A stretch of DNA of 64,000 nt from Bacillota bacterium (GCA_018333655.1 JAGXTJ010000010.1:39280-103279), one strand, 5' to 3'; shown: positions 29,887 to 39,894, counted from the first letter of the stretch. A program made the numbers and translations. Notes: generated from the sequence alone by a model not told the origin.

Positions 29887-30669
29887 ATGCCAAGACAGGC
29901 GAGAAGGGTTAATCCACAGGGATACTATCACGTGATGATGCGGGGCAATAATCGGCACCCCATTTTCGGTAGGCCCGATGATAAGGCGTATTATCTCAAG
30001 GTTTTGCAGGAGCATTGTTGCGAAGACACCTTAGCCATTGTGGCTTACTGCCTTATGGACAATCACGTGCACCTAGTTTTGCATGCCGCAAGTGATGCTT
30101 TTAGCAGAGCGTTGAGCCGCACCAATCTTAAATTCGCTCTGCGTTACAACACACGACAGAAGCATTGTGGGCATGTGTTCCAAGACAGATTTAGGAGCGA
30201 GATCATCGATGAGCCTCGCTACTTGCTGGCGGCCATCAGGTATGTGCACAATAATCCCGTCAAGGCAAAGCTCGTCAATGCCCCTAGGGACTACAGGTGG
30301 AGCAGCTATCAAGAGTACGTGAGCGAAAGCACAATCATAGATAAAGAGTTAATGGTAAGCGTGCTGGCAGAATATTTTAATGGGGATGTCAGCAAGTTCA
30401 TCGCTTTTCATCGGCAACATGACGAGCATGAGTTTTTGGAGGACAGAGTCGACTTAGAGTTGCAGCGCCTAGAGCGTGGTCAGCGTGTTCTTTTAGCGTT
30501 TTGTGAGTCATATGGTATCGAGAATCCTAAGGAGGCCTATCGCAATCCCGAATTGTTGGCGACTTTGACGCATTATCTGATTGAGAACAGCCGATTAAGT
30601 CATAGACAGGTAGCGGAGTTGCTAGGCGTTAGCAGTAGCCGAATACACAGAGTAGCTTCGCGACAATGA
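29887..30669 (+). CDS. IS200/IS605-like Y1 (HUH) transposase domain fused to a C-terminal DnaA domain-IV-like HTH
   Basis: N-terminal GYYHVMMRGNNRHPIF, the HUH motif DNHVHLVL, and the catalytic Tyr region RYVHNNPVKAKLV (PF01797-like). C-terminal ...LIENSRLSHRQVAELLGVSSSRIHRVASR resembles DnaA C-terminal DNA-binding helices. RBS GGAGGTGG. Confidence 0.75.
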   Translation: MPRQARRVNPQGYYHVMMRGNNRHPIFGRPDDKAYYLKVLQEHCCEDTLAIVAYCLMDNHVHLVLHAASDAFSRALSRTNLKFALRYNTRQKHCGHVFQDRFRSEIIDEPRYLLAAIRYVHNNPVKAKLVNAPRDYRWSSYQEYVSESTIIDKELMVSVLAEYFNGDVSKFIAFHRQHDEHEFLEDRVDLELQRLERGQRVLLAFCESYGIENPKEAYRNPELLATLTHYLIENSRLSHRQVAELLGVSSSRIHRVASRQ

Positions 30670-30702
30670 GGGTTTTGGCGGTAGAGGGGGCAGAGTGAAG
30701 CG

Positions 30703-30745
30703 CCGAGAACCGTCCCTGGTGCGTCACTTCGGGAACAAATAGACT
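30703..30745. repeat. Right imperfect inverted repeat flanking the IS200-like gene (AGTGAAGCGCCGAGAACCGTCCCTGGTGCGTCACTTCG)
   Basis: Reverse complement of the left repeat, read directly. Confidence 0.55.
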
Positions 30746-30788
30746 CGGTGTGGCGTCAATAAGGCAAAAGATATGCGGAGGTAGTGTT

Positions 30789-31685
30789 ATGAGACGCAAA
30801 TTTATTTTACCCGTTGCTCTTTTTGTCGTATTGGCCCTCGCAGCTGGGGTCCTAGTCAGTTTGCGCAACCCTGCCCTGCCAGAGATGTCTATGGGCAGAG
30901 GGAGCGAAGAGGCGTCACCGCCAGGCGTAGCCGGTAAGCAATCGGTGTCCTCTGATTTTGCCTTAACCGGGCGCAGTGCCGAGATTGTGGACCGCAAAGT
31001 AGTCACTCATGCCTCTTTGGCAGTGACAGTGCCCAAACTCGATGCTGCGCAAGCCGAAGTTTTAAGCCTCACCACGGAACTAGGTGGCTATGTGCAGAGC
31101 TCAAACTTTAATAATCATACAGAGAACCAAGCCTGGAATTTTACACTACGCATTCCAAGTGACAAGTCGAATGAGGCGGTGAGGCTTATTTCGGCACTCG
31201 GCACCGTACAAAGCAGTGGCTCTAATCGTCAGGATGTCACTGAAGAGTACATGGACCTAGAGGCTCGCTTAACCGTCATGCGACTCGAAGAAACTCGACT
31301 GCTAGAGCTTCTCCGCCGCGCCAACACCATTGATGACTACCTCAAGGTCGAGAGCCACCTTACGCGCGTGCGCATCGAGATAGAGCAGGCTACGGGTCGT
31401 CTTAAGTTCTTAACACATAGCGTCGATATGGCGACCATTGGCTTAACCCTTACTCCCGAGAGAGGCACAATTCTACCTAAGCCCGTCGGGTTTGCCGGTC
31501 TAGGACAACGCCTTAGTGCGGCTTTTAGGCAAGGGCTAAACGTGGTGGTAGAAATTGTAACGGGTGCCCTTGTCTTCGTGGTCGCCGCGCTTCCATTGTT
31601 CATCATCATCGTGCCCTTGCTCCTCATCGGCCTTGTTTTTTACCGCCGCATGAGCCCCACGAAGAAGCCTCCGGCAGCTTCATAG
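30789..31685 (+). CDS. DUF4349-domain protein (signal anchor, coiled coil, C-terminal TM)
   Basis: N-terminal MRRKFILPVALFVVLALAAG, a central coiled coil (EEYMDLEARLTVMRLEETRLLELL...RVRIEIEQATGRLKFL), and a C-terminal TM segment (VFVVAALPLFIIIVPLLLIGLVFY). Confidence 0.7.
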   Translation: MRRKFILPVALFVVLALAAGVLVSLRNPALPEMSMGRGSEEASPPGVAGKQSVSSDFALTGRSAEIVDRKVVTHASLAVTVPKLDAAQAEVLSLTTELGGYVQSSNFNNHTENQAWNFTLRIPSDKSNEAVRLISALGTVQSSGSNRQDVTEEYMDLEARLTVMRLEETRLLELLRRANTIDDYLKVESHLTRVRIEIEQATGRLKFLTHSVDMATIGLTLTPERGTILPKPVGFAGLGQRLSAAFRQGLNVVVEIVTGALVFVVAALPLFIIIVPLLLIGLVFYRRMSPTKKPPAAS

Positions 31686-31872
31686 GATAGTACTTGTCCC
31701 TGTAGAAACCGAGAATAGTGGGCCGCCTAGTGGTAAACTAAGCTGGCCCACATATTTTTTATTACCAGTACATACCTTAGGCAGGGATTAGCCGCGTACT
31801 AAGCAGGAAAACTCATGCCAGCGGCTAATAAGAAAAGAGTGGAAGTCAATCGTTTTGATGGGAGGAAATTTG

Positions 31873-33249
31873 GTGAAAGAGCTTATCTCTCGTGCCCTTG
31901 CGGCGTCGACCGCAGATTACTGCGAAATCCGTATCGAAGAGACACATCAAACATCTATAGTCTATCGGGGACGTAACCTCGACGACCTAGCGCAAAGCAT
32001 GCGCTATGGTGGCAATGTGCGTGCCCTAAAAGACGGTGGATGGGGGTTCGTTTCATTTAACAGCTTAGATAATCTCGAGGCCAAAGTTCACATGGCTTGT
32101 GAGCAAGCAGCGGCAATCGGTGCCGTAAAGCAGGAAGTGAGTCAACTAGCAGAAGTGCCTGTCGTGGTGCAAGAATTAGCAGCGGATGTCGTTCTGCATC
32201 CGCGGGAGGTGTCGCTTGAAGAAAAAGTAGAGCTATTCTCACGCTACAATGACCAAATTCTTAACTTTCACCCTGCCATCACGAGCTCGCTCGTGCGCTA
32301 CTTCGACCGGGACATCAGGCTCTACTTTGGCAACTCCGAAGGAACATACGTCAAACAAGAAAAGGTGGATATAGGATGTGGCTTAAGAGCCATTGCCACC
32401 TCTGGTGACATTACCGTGCAAGAGGGCGTTAGTACCGGCAGTAACAGCGATTTTGGCTGTGTTCTAGGCAAAGAAGACGAACTGCGTAAAGCCTGCCAAC
32501 TTGCTGTCGACCTCCTTCTCGCTCCTACCGTGAAAGGTGGGGAGTACACTGTTATTCTTGACCCGCATATGGCAGGTCTCTTTGTGCATGAAGCCTTTGG
32601 CCACTTGAGCGAAGCTGATGATATTACCGAAAACGAAGAGCTAAGGAATATCATGACGCTCGGCAAACGTTTCGGCAGGGATATCCTTAACATCTACGAC
32701 ACCGGCCTTGACCACGGCAACCGCGGAGCGCTCGCCTATGATGATGAAGGTGTGGCCGCACAAAGGACCGACCTCGTGAAAGATGGTATTTTGGTGGGGC
32801 GGCTTCACTCGCGCCAGAGCGCTGCCAAAATGGGCGAAAACCCGACCGGCTCGGCGCGCGCCCTAGATTACCGCTACGCCCCCATGGTGCGCATGCGTAC
32901 TACCTGCATCGCCAAGGGCGAGACCCCTTTTGCGGAAATGCTCAAGGATATCGAACTAGGTGTCTATGCTGTCGGTGGATATGGTGGCGAGACAAATGGC
33001 GAAATGTTTACCTTTACCGCGAGCTATGGTTTTATGATTAGGCAAGGTCAAATCGCCGAGCTAGTCAAAGATGTTACCCTCACCGGCAATGTTTTTACCA
33101 CTCTTGCCAATATCGACATGATCGGTGATGATTTCACCTTTGACAACAACGCCGGTGGCTGTGGCAAAGGATACCAGTCGCCGCTACCGACTTCCGAAGG
33201 GTCGCCTCACATCCGTGTGCAAAAGGTCGTCATAGGAGGTGCCAGTTAA
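31873..33249 (+). CDS. tldD: Metalloprotease TldD
   Basis: HExxxH motif (HEAFGHLSE) in a TldD/PmbA-fold protein of ~459 aa. GTG 31873 after GGGAGGA. Confidence 0.85.
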   Translation: MKELISRALAASTADYCEIRIEETHQTSIVYRGRNLDDLAQSMRYGGNVRALKDGGWGFVSFNSLDNLEAKVHMACEQAAAIGAVKQEVSQLAEVPVVVQELAADVVLHPREVSLEEKVELFSRYNDQILNFHPAITSSLVRYFDRDIRLYFGNSEGTYVKQEKVDIGCGLRAIATSGDITVQEGVSTGSNSDFGCVLGKEDELRKACQLAVDLLLAPTVKGGEYTVILDPHMAGLFVHEAFGHLSEADDITENEELRNIMTLGKRFGRDILNIYDTGLDHGNRGALAYDDEGVAAQRTDLVKDGILVGRLHSRQSAAKMGENPTGSARALDYRYAPMVRMRTTCIAKGETPFAEMLKDIELGVYAVGGYGGETNGEMFTFTASYGFMIRQGQIAELVKDVTLTGNVFTTLANIDMIGDDFTFDNNAGGCGKGYQSPLPTSEGSPHIRVQKVVIGGAS

Positions 33250-34538
33250 TGCGTGAGTTGCTAACACAGGCTCTTAAGGTTGGGGACCAAGCTGAGGTTT
33301 TTCAAAGTAGGGGTGAAAAGCACGCCGTTGTTTTTCAGGCCAGCAAACTGAAAGAGATAACATCTACAGAAGAACAAAGTACCACCCTGCGTCTTATACA
33401 GAATGGTCTTCTAGGTTCTGCCAGCGTCACGAAGCCAGACAGCCATGATATCTTGCTTAAGTACGCCGCAAACACCGTAAAGTACGGCAGCCCCATAAAG
33501 TATAGCTTCCCTCCACAGGCACAGTTACTGCAGCCCCGTGTTACAGACGAGAGGGTAAGGCATGTCACTCAGCAGGAAATGCTCGACATTGCGGGTGACT
33601 TGGTTGCGGCTCTCCACGCCTTCGACCCGAACATTAAGGCCATGGCGGAGGCGATTAAGGCTAGTGGCTACTTTGGCCTGTCTAACAGTAATGGTTTTGT
33701 GGCCGAAGGCGAATACACCGCCTGGTCAGTCGTTTTTGGTGGCGAGCTAGTGAGTGAGCGGGACGGGTTCTTGTTTATTTATGATGCCCTTTCAGGCACA
33801 GACTTCACAGCTGATGTGAGCCTTCTCAAGGCCAGAGTTATCGAGGCCTTTCGCCTAGCGCAAAACACGGCTAGTATCAGGGCAGGGCAGTACCCAGTCA
33901 TTTTTGCCCCAGGTGAGGTTAGTTGTCTAGTTAATCCACTGGTAGCCTGCCTTAACGGCAAAGCAATATCGCGTGGGTTCTCGCCTTTTAAGGGTCGCCT
34001 AGGAGAGCTGGCCTTTGACCCACGGCTTAGCATAATCGACGACGCCACCATCGACGGTGCGGTAGGGAGCAAAGGCTTTGACCGTGAGGGCATACCAGCC
34101 ACAAAGCGCAGCCTGATCGAAGGCGGTAAAATAAATGGCTACATGCTAGACTTACAAACGGCGGCAGAGCTTAACATGTCACCAACCGGCAATGGCAGCG
34201 TCAGCGGCCCGGTGCAAAACAACATCATTGTTCCCGGCGGCCAGGCAAGTTGGAGCGAGATGCTAGCGGGGATCGATGAAGGGGTGCTTATTGAGGGAAC
34301 CATGGGGGCGTGGGCAGGTAACCCCTACGGCGGACAAGTGAGCGGCAATATTTCTCTCGGGTACAAGATTGAGAAAGGCCAGATCGTGGGCCGCATCAAG
34401 GACGCCATGTTCTCTGTCAATGTCTTCACTGATTTGCGAGACAACCTGGTAGCACTTAGCAGCGATAAGCTCTGGCGCGGCAATACCTGCTACCCCTACT
34501 TGCAGCTGGCCAACGTCAACATTAGCACCAAGAGTTAG
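33249..34538 (+). CDS. pmbA: TldE/PmbA (TldD partner, no HExxxH)
   Basis: Paralogous TldD/PmbA-family protein of 429 aa that lacks HExxxH. Translationally coupled to tldD (TAATG). Confidence 0.8.
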   Translation: MRELLTQALKVGDQAEVFQSRGEKHAVVFQASKLKEITSTEEQSTTLRLIQNGLLGSASVTKPDSHDILLKYAANTVKYGSPIKYSFPPQAQLLQPRVTDERVRHVTQQEMLDIAGDLVAALHAFDPNIKAMAEAIKASGYFGLSNSNGFVAEGEYTAWSVVFGGELVSERDGFLFIYDALSGTDFTADVSLLKARVIEAFRLAQNTASIRAGQYPVIFAPGEVSCLVNPLVACLNGKAISRGFSPFKGRLGELAFDPRLSIIDDATIDGAVGSKGFDREGIPATKRSLIEGGKINGYMLDLQTAAELNMSPTGNGSVSGPVQNNIIVPGGQASWSEMLAGIDEGVLIEGTMGAWAGNPYGGQVSGNISLGYKIEKGQIVGRIKDAMFSVNVFTDLRDNLVALSSDKLWRGNTCYPYLQLANVNISTKS

Positions 34539-34556
34539 TAGTGCGAAAACACGCCT

Positions 34557-34600
34557 GACAAAAGCAGGGTCTCCTCGCCATTGAGAGGACCCTGCTTTTC
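34557..34600. terminator. Bidirectional terminator between convergent pmbA and glycerate kinase
   Basis: GCAGGGTC...GACCCTGC stem with an A-run upstream and TTTTC downstream. Confidence 0.6.
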
Positions 34601-34606
34601 TTACAA

Positions 34607-35746
34607 CTATATACGCGAGCCTAAGAGTATCAGGCGCATCGCCGTTTCAGCTGCTTTAGTTAGCAGTGCGTACGCGTCATCCATGCAGGCGGCTAAGGAG
34701 AGGGGGCCAGGGGTGATGGACAAGGCGGCCGTCATGCCATGGGCATAGAGGGCGCTTGCGCCCGGAAGCACTGCTCCTCCTAGGGCGACCACCGGCTTGT
34801 TGTACTTTGCCGCTAGAGTGGTCACGCCGAACACGGCCTTACCTTGGGCTGATTGACCATCTACACTTCCTTCGCCGGTGAGAACCAAGTCTGCTGTGGC
34901 GATGGCGTTTTCAAGACCTACGGCCTCAGCCACAACGGCAAAGCCTGGCGTGAGCGTAGCTTGCACAAACACCATTAGACCGGCGCCTAGGCCGCCTGCG
35001 GCCCCTGCCCCGGGTGTATCAGAGACGCTTATACCTAGCTGCTCCTTGATTATTGCCGCATAGTTAGAGAGGGCGGAGTCTAGAGAGAGCACCATGTCTG
35101 GGCTAGCGCCCTTCTGGGGCCCATACACTGCCGAGGCACCCTGTGGCCCGACGAGGGGATTGTTGACATCACAGGCCGCGATGACGGTGCATTCCCTGAG
35201 CCTAGGGTCCAGTGTCGAAACATCTATCGTGTCTAAATCGCGCAAAGCTAAGCCACCACAAGGTAGCTCCCGCCCTGTGCCGTCAAGGAACTTCGCACCA
35301 AGGGCCGTGGCCATGCCAGTACCACCGTCGTTAGTGGCACTGCCCCCTATGCCGATAATAATTTTCCTGTATCCAGCGTCGAGGGCGTGGCGGATAAGTT
35401 CACCTGTGCCAAAAGTAGAAGTGAGTGTGGGGTTACGCCTGTCTTCAGTCAAAAGCAACAAACCGGAGGCGGCAGCCATTTCGATGACCGCCGTTTTGGC
35501 GTCGCCGAGAACCCCCCAAGTTGCGGAAACCGTGTCGCCTAGGGGCCCTCGAACTTCGCTCATCCGTGCCTCTCCGCCACTGGCGGTCAAGAGGGCGCGC
35601 ACAAAACCTTCGCCCCCATCGGCAATAGGCTTAAGCTCTAGCACTGCCTGAGGCATGGCGGCAGCTACTCCCTCCGCCATAGCGCTTGCCGCATCCACGG
35701 CCGACAGACTTCCCTTAAAAGAATCTGGTGCAATGACAATGCGCAC
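34607..35746 (-). CDS. Glycerate kinase (GlxK/GarK family)
   Basis: MRIVIAPDSFKGSLSA... N-terminus and a 379-aa length are typical of the glycerate kinase I family. Confidence 0.85.
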   Translation of the reverse strand: MRIVIAPDSFKGSLSAVDAASAMAEGVAAAMPQAVLELKPIADGGEGFVRALLTASGGEARMSEVRGPLGDTVSATWGVLGDAKTAVIEMAAASGLLLLTEDRRNPTLTSTFGTGELIRHALDAGYRKIIIGIGGSATNDGGTGMATALGAKFLDGTGRELPCGGLALRDLDTIDVSTLDPRLRECTVIAACDVNNPLVGPQGASAVYGPQKGASPDMVLSLDSALSNYAAIIKEQLGISVSDTPGAGAAGGLGAGLMVFVQATLTPGFAVVAEAVGLENAIATADLVLTGEGSVDGQSAQGKAVFGVTTLAAKYNKPVVALGGAVLPGASALYAHGMTAALSITPGPLSLAACMDDAYALLTKAAETAMRLILLGSRI

Positions 35747-35820
35747 AAAGAGTCCCCACTTTCACTAACCCTGCCGGCTCGCTCTAAATTCTATACATAG
35801 TAGCCGCTCACCAGAAGTGC

Positions 35821-36888
35821 TTACTTTTCGCTTTTCGTCTCCACAGGTGAAAGAAGATAGGCAATGCATAGTTTGGCCGTAGCCTCTAGTGCTTGCGTAT
35901 GCGTGCGCTCATGGGCATGCGAAGCGTCAACGCCTGGTCCAATCAAGGCTGCGCGCACATTGGCTCCGGCACGTAGTGCGGCGCCAGCGTCAGAGCCGTA
36001 GTAGGGGTAGACGTCAAGGGCATACGGCAATTCCTCCGCCTCCGCGAGCGTTACCAGTTTTTTGCGTAGTGCTAGGTCGTATGGGCCACCTGAATCTTTG
36101 ACGCAAATGGAGACATCAAATTCGGTGCACGATAGGCCATTGCCGATACAGCCCATGTCAACAGCCAGGAACTCGACAGTCTCTGTCGGCGTGCCGAAAC
36201 TCGCGCCATGGCCTATTTCTTCGTAAGAAGTGATAAAGAAATTGGTGGTGTGTGGTAGCCGCAAACCTTCCTCGTGAAAGTACTTGGCCACACCGAGCAG
36301 CACGGCGACACTGGCCTTGTCGTCAAGGTGCCGTGATTTAATGAAGCCTGATGGCGTCACGGTAGTGCGAGGGTCAAAGACGACAAAATCACCTACCCCG
36401 ATGCCAAGGCGCAGGACGTCTTCCTTGCTCTTTACAACTTCGTCCAGGCGTATTTCCATTGTATCGTCATCGCGGTCTTGCTTTCCTGACTCCTGTCCGT
36501 AAACATGGGTGGACTGCTTGGTGGTAAGGATGGTACCGGTGTACTTTTGCTCGCTAGAGGTTATAATGGTACAGTGTTCACCTTCGACGGAGTTCATGGT
36601 GTAGCCGCCGATCTTGGCGAATTTGAGTCGCCCACTGCCCTTAATCTCCTTGACCATGGCCCCTAGGGTGTCGACATGGCCGCTTAAAGTGCGCTGTTCG
36701 GCGTTGTTTTTGCCTTCTAGGGTGGCGATGAGTCCTCCCTTAGTCAGGTGACGCGTTTTAAGGCCCCACCGCGCAAATTCAGCGCTTATTGAGGCTAGCA
36801 ACTCGTCAGTGTAACCCACCGGGCTAGGTGAGGTTGCCAGGCGCACTAATTGCTCTATAATATAGGTGGTATCGACCTTAGTCATCAT
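35821..36888 (-). CDS. M42 family metallo-aminopeptidase (FrvX/YsdC-like)
   Basis: HVDTLGAMV, SRHLDDKAS, EEIGHGAS and DASHAHE metal-binding blocks align with M42 peptidases. 355 aa. Confidence 0.7.
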   Translation of the reverse strand: MMTKVDTTYIIEQLVRLATSPSPVGYTDELLASISAEFARWGLKTRHLTKGGLIATLEGKNNAEQRTLSGHVDTLGAMVKEIKGSGRLKFAKIGGYTMNSVEGEHCTIITSSEQKYTGTILTTKQSTHVYGQESGKQDRDDDTMEIRLDEVVKSKEDVLRLGIGVGDFVVFDPRTTVTPSGFIKSRHLDDKASVAVLLGVAKYFHEEGLRLPHTTNFFITSYEEIGHGASFGTPTETVEFLAVDMGCIGNGLSCTEFDVSICVKDSGGPYDLALRKKLVTLAEAEELPYALDVYPYYGSDAGAALRAGANVRAALIGPGVDASHAHERTHTQALEATAKLCIAYLLSPVETKSEK

Positions 36889-37014
36889 GTTTGTCCCTCC
36901 TCTTGTTGTCTAGTTGCGTGAAACCACACATATTATTAGCTATTTTCGCCGATTTTCCTTTTTTCCGTGCAAGAAATTTCTGTTGTTGTTAAGTATTATT
37001 ACGGAGGTGTGTCT

Positions 37015-37455
37015 ATGTCAAACAAGCAAATCGCTACCATCGCCACAGAAAAAGGTAATTTCACGGTGGAGTTGTTCGCCCAGCATGCGCCAGGCACGGT
37101 AGAGAACTTCACCAAACTCGCCAAGGCTAAATTTTACGACGGGCTGACCTTTCATCGCTGCATTCCAGATTTCGTCATACAGGGCGGCTGCCCAGAGGGC
37201 ACGGGTAGAGGTGGCCCCGGGTACCACATTAAGTGTGAAACCGCGGGTAATCCCCACAAGCATGTGCGCGGCGCCCTTAGCATGGCCCACGCCGGTAAGG
37301 ACACAGGCGGTAGCCAGTTCTTTGTTGTCAGGCAGCCGCAGCCCCATCTTGACGGCAAGCACACCGTATTCGGCCAAGTTACTGACAACGTGGACTTAGT
37401 CGATGCCATTGCGGAGGGCGATAAAATTATTAGTGTCACCATTCACTCTAGCTAG
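37015..37455 (+). CDS. ppiB: Peptidyl-prolyl cis-trans isomerase, cyclophilin type
   Basis: HAPGTVENF...[25 protein letters not shown]...GALSMAHAG...GSQFFV. RBS GGAGGTG 7 nt before ATG 37015. Confidence 0.9.
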   Translation: MSNKQIATIATEKGNFTVELFAQHAPGTVENFTKLAKAKFYDGLTFHRCIPDFVIQGGCPEGTGRGGPGYHIKCETAGNPHKHVRGALSMAHAGKDTGGSQFFVVRQPQPHLDGKHTVFGQVTDNVDLVDAIAEGDKIISVTIHSS

Positions 37456-37670
37456 AGCACCTGCGCGGCAAACTCAAGCGGCGCGTAAGGACAAAGACAG
37501 AAGCCATCTTGCTTCTGTCTTTCTTCGGGTGTGCGCAAATTGAATGCTCGATCGTGGGTACTAGTCTGAGCAGGATCATCCGAACAGTTCTAGGGGATAT
37601 GGAGGCGGACCGCATGTATCTCGACGCTCTCTTCAGGAAAGTGTTTTGGTCTGAAACACTAGTTCCCGCT

Positions 37671-37934
37671 CTACTCAGAATGTTGACCGCCGAATATCCT
37701 GTAGGCTACAACTGTCACCAGTGTCGGCACCAGCAAAAGTCCTATAGTGAGGGGGTATCCGAATTTTATACCGTCCAAAGCAGCTCCTACGACTAAGCCT
37801 GCGCTGCCGCCTACAAGACTTCCGACAATTGTCGAAAAGCGAGTGGATTTCACATCTGCTAATTTCGGGAGTAGTTTGGCAAACAGTAGCATAAAAACTA
37901 AAGTAGTTCCCACTGTTATGATTGGCACTTGCAA
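37671..37934 (-). CDS. Small membrane protein (87 aa), possibly the 3' part of a frameshifted gene together with 37936..38541
   Basis: Two TM helices. TTG/GTG start 1 nt after the stop of the upstream ORF, in a different frame. Confidence 0.4.
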   Translation of the reverse strand: MQVPIITVGTTLVFMLLFAKLLPKLADVKSTRFSTIVGSLVGGSAGLVVGAALDGIKFGYPLTIGLLLVPTLVTVVAYRIFGGQHSE

Positions 37935-37935
37935 G

Positions 37936-38541
37936 TTAACGCCACCCAGCCAAACCAGTTATGAGTAAAATATCCAGAGGTGCACCTGCTGCGGCGCCTG
38001 CACCCCCGCCTACAGCGCTTCCAACCAACTTCGCAGTGGCTGACGGGTTGACTCCCGCTAATATTGGAATATATTTTGCACCAAGCTTCACTCCTAGAGC
38101 AACAAGGGCCGCAGTGATAATGGGATTTACATCCGCTACGAGTAGCACTTCCCCATTAGTCACCAACACTCTAAACTCATCAAAGGGTACTACAATTGCG
38201 CCTCCAGCTGTTGGCACAACAAACCCATCCGCATGTTTTTTAAGCGGGACCATCTGCCCATCAACAGAGATAGTGTCACTCAGTACAATTGGAATGCCGA
38301 CAAGTCCTTGCCTAGTTTCTGCAACAAGTACGATCTGATCATTGATAAACCTGACTTCGGCATCTATGTGTAACTGTTTTTGATGTCCTTGCCCCTGCCT
38401 TTGCGCGTTACCTCTGTCGTTTCCGCGACTAGCGACAACTGGAGTAGCAAATGCTGATGCGATGAGTATGGCCGTCAGAAAAACAGAAGTGATCCGAAAC
38501 ATCGATTTCATTGAGAACCCCACCTTCCTTAAGGTCGCCAT
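37936..38541 (-). CDS. Membrane-anchored protein of unknown function (201 aa)
   Basis: N-terminal signal anchor, a low-complexity RGNDRGNAQRQGQGHQKQ stretch, and a C-terminal hydrophobic/Gly-Ala-rich region. Confidence 0.5.
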   Translation of the reverse strand: MATLRKVGFSMKSMFRITSVFLTAILIASAFATPVVASRGNDRGNAQRQGQGHQKQLHIDAEVRFINDQIVLVAETRQGLVGIPIVLSDTISVDGQMVPLKKHADGFVVPTAGGAIVVPFDEFRVLVTNGEVLLVADVNPIITAALVALGVKLGAKYIPILAGVNPSATAKLVGSAVGGGAGAAAGAPLDILLITGLAGWR

Positions 38542-38745
38542 CGTTGCTTTGCAAGTATTAGCAATCTCTCCGTTCTTTCCACCTAAATTTATTGCAGCCA
38601 GCTACTTTGGCAATTTAAGTATAATCCGCTCCTACATAACAAGTCAAGCATAATTGCAAAAAAACCATGATAGTCTCCTATAACTTCCATCCAACAGGAA
38701 ACGATGACATTCGCTTGGGCACAGCTAGCCCATCGCTAGGTGCGC

Positions 38746-39894
38746 CTAGCGGATCACCTTCGACAACCAGGATTTTTGCACCAAGACAGCATGTTCCGGG
38801 CATAGTTCTTGGCAGCAAAAACAGCTTATGCACTTATTCATATCAACTTGCGGCAGGCTGTTCTGGGTTAGAAGCATGGCCTGCGGCGGGCAGCTCTCGA
38901 CGCAGATGCCGCAAGAGATGCACTTTTCGCCGTCAAAGGCTAGGCGAGGCTTGAGATGAAGTGCGAGAGCGCGCGCGAGAGGTGAGGAGCCTAGCCTGCG
39001 GAGAAAAGAGGGGCGGCGCCCCACATTAGGAGTAACAAAGGGTGTGACTGCTGGCTTCTTGCCAAGCAGAGTGATCTCGGCAAGTGATGCGGACAAGAGC
39101 CCGAGTGCCTGAGCAGCCTCTATGGTTGGCACCGTTTGGGGGTCAAGGCCCATAATTTGCGCTGCCACAACGTCAAGAGCGTGCATATCCCGGCTCAAAA
39201 GAAGCGCACCGCAGTGCTTCGGTGTACCACTAGAGGGCCCTTCGCCTTCCATAGCCTCAACCGCATCCACAATCGTCAGTTCAGGCTGCGTTAGCTCGGC
39301 AATCTGCACCAGTGTGCGGCAAAAGTCGCCAATGGCTGGGTAGCGCAGATGGTAGTCGATTTTCGTTAAGCCAGGGACTAAGCCAAACATGTTTTTTGCG
39401 GCGCAGGTGAGTATGGTCAGGCCATGTGTTTTAAGTTTGGGCATATTAATGATGAGGGCAGCGTTAACGGCAGGACTAAGCAGCATGGCTGTGCCGTACT
39501 CCGGATGCCGGGGGTCATGCACCTTGACCACCGAGGTGTCAAAATTTAGCGCAGCCCCTGTTTCTTCGGCCACGGCCGCAAAGCCGCACTTCTCGTAAGC
39601 CCGTTTAAGTGCACCTATAGTGTAGGGCCCACCCGGGCTATCAATGATTACTGCCTTCCCTCCGCACTCCTTAACCAGGAGGCACACTTCGCGCACGAGG
39701 CCGGGATGGGTGGTGATGGCTCGCTCAGGGGTCTTGCCCATGAGCATGTTCACCTTGATGGCCACCGTGTCGTTTGGTTTAATCATCGCCTCGAGACCTT
39801 GCGGCAGGAGCAAGCTAAGGCCTTCACGTAAGGCCGTGTGGAGCACTTCTGGAGAATAATTTTGCGCATCTACGACGGCTACAGTCTTCATCAC
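38746..39894 (-). CDS. DUF362-domain protein with C-terminal 2x[4Fe-4S] ferredoxin domain
   Basis: N-terminal VAVVDAQNYS...AIKVNML matches DUF362. The C-terminus carries CISCGICVESCP and CISCFCCQELCP cluster motifs. Confidence 0.75.
   Translation of the reverse strand: MMKTVAVVDAQNYSPEVLHTALREGLSLLLPQGLEAMIKPNDTVAIKVNMLMGKTPERAITTHPGLVREVCLLVKECGGKAVIIDSPGGPYTIGALKRAYEKCGFAAVAEETGAALNFDTSVVKVHDPRHPEYGTAMLLSPAVNAALIINMPKLKTHGLTILTCAAKNMFGLVPGLTKIDYHLRYPAIGDFCRTLVQIAELTQPELTIVDAVEAMEGEGPSSGTPKHCGALLLSRDMHALDVVAAQIMGLDPQTVPTIEAAQALGLLSASLAEITLLGKKPAVTPFVTPNVGRRPSFLRRLGSSPLARALALHLKPRLAFDGEKCISCGICVESCPPQAMLLTQNSLPQVDMNKCISCFCCQELCPEHAVLVQKSWLSKVIR

Noticed and set aside
35094-35651. 185-aa plus-strand ORF inside glycerate kinase (minus)
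   Set aside because: Antisense to a full-length, well-conserved glycerate kinase. Pro/Ser/Ala-rich low complexity.
38462-38745. Searched the 200-nt gap between the membrane ORF and DUF362 gene for a small gene or RNA
   Set aside because: It contains only short, AT-rich, out-of-context ORFs (63 aa and 95 aa) with no RBS or structure. It is more likely a divergent promoter and UTR region.
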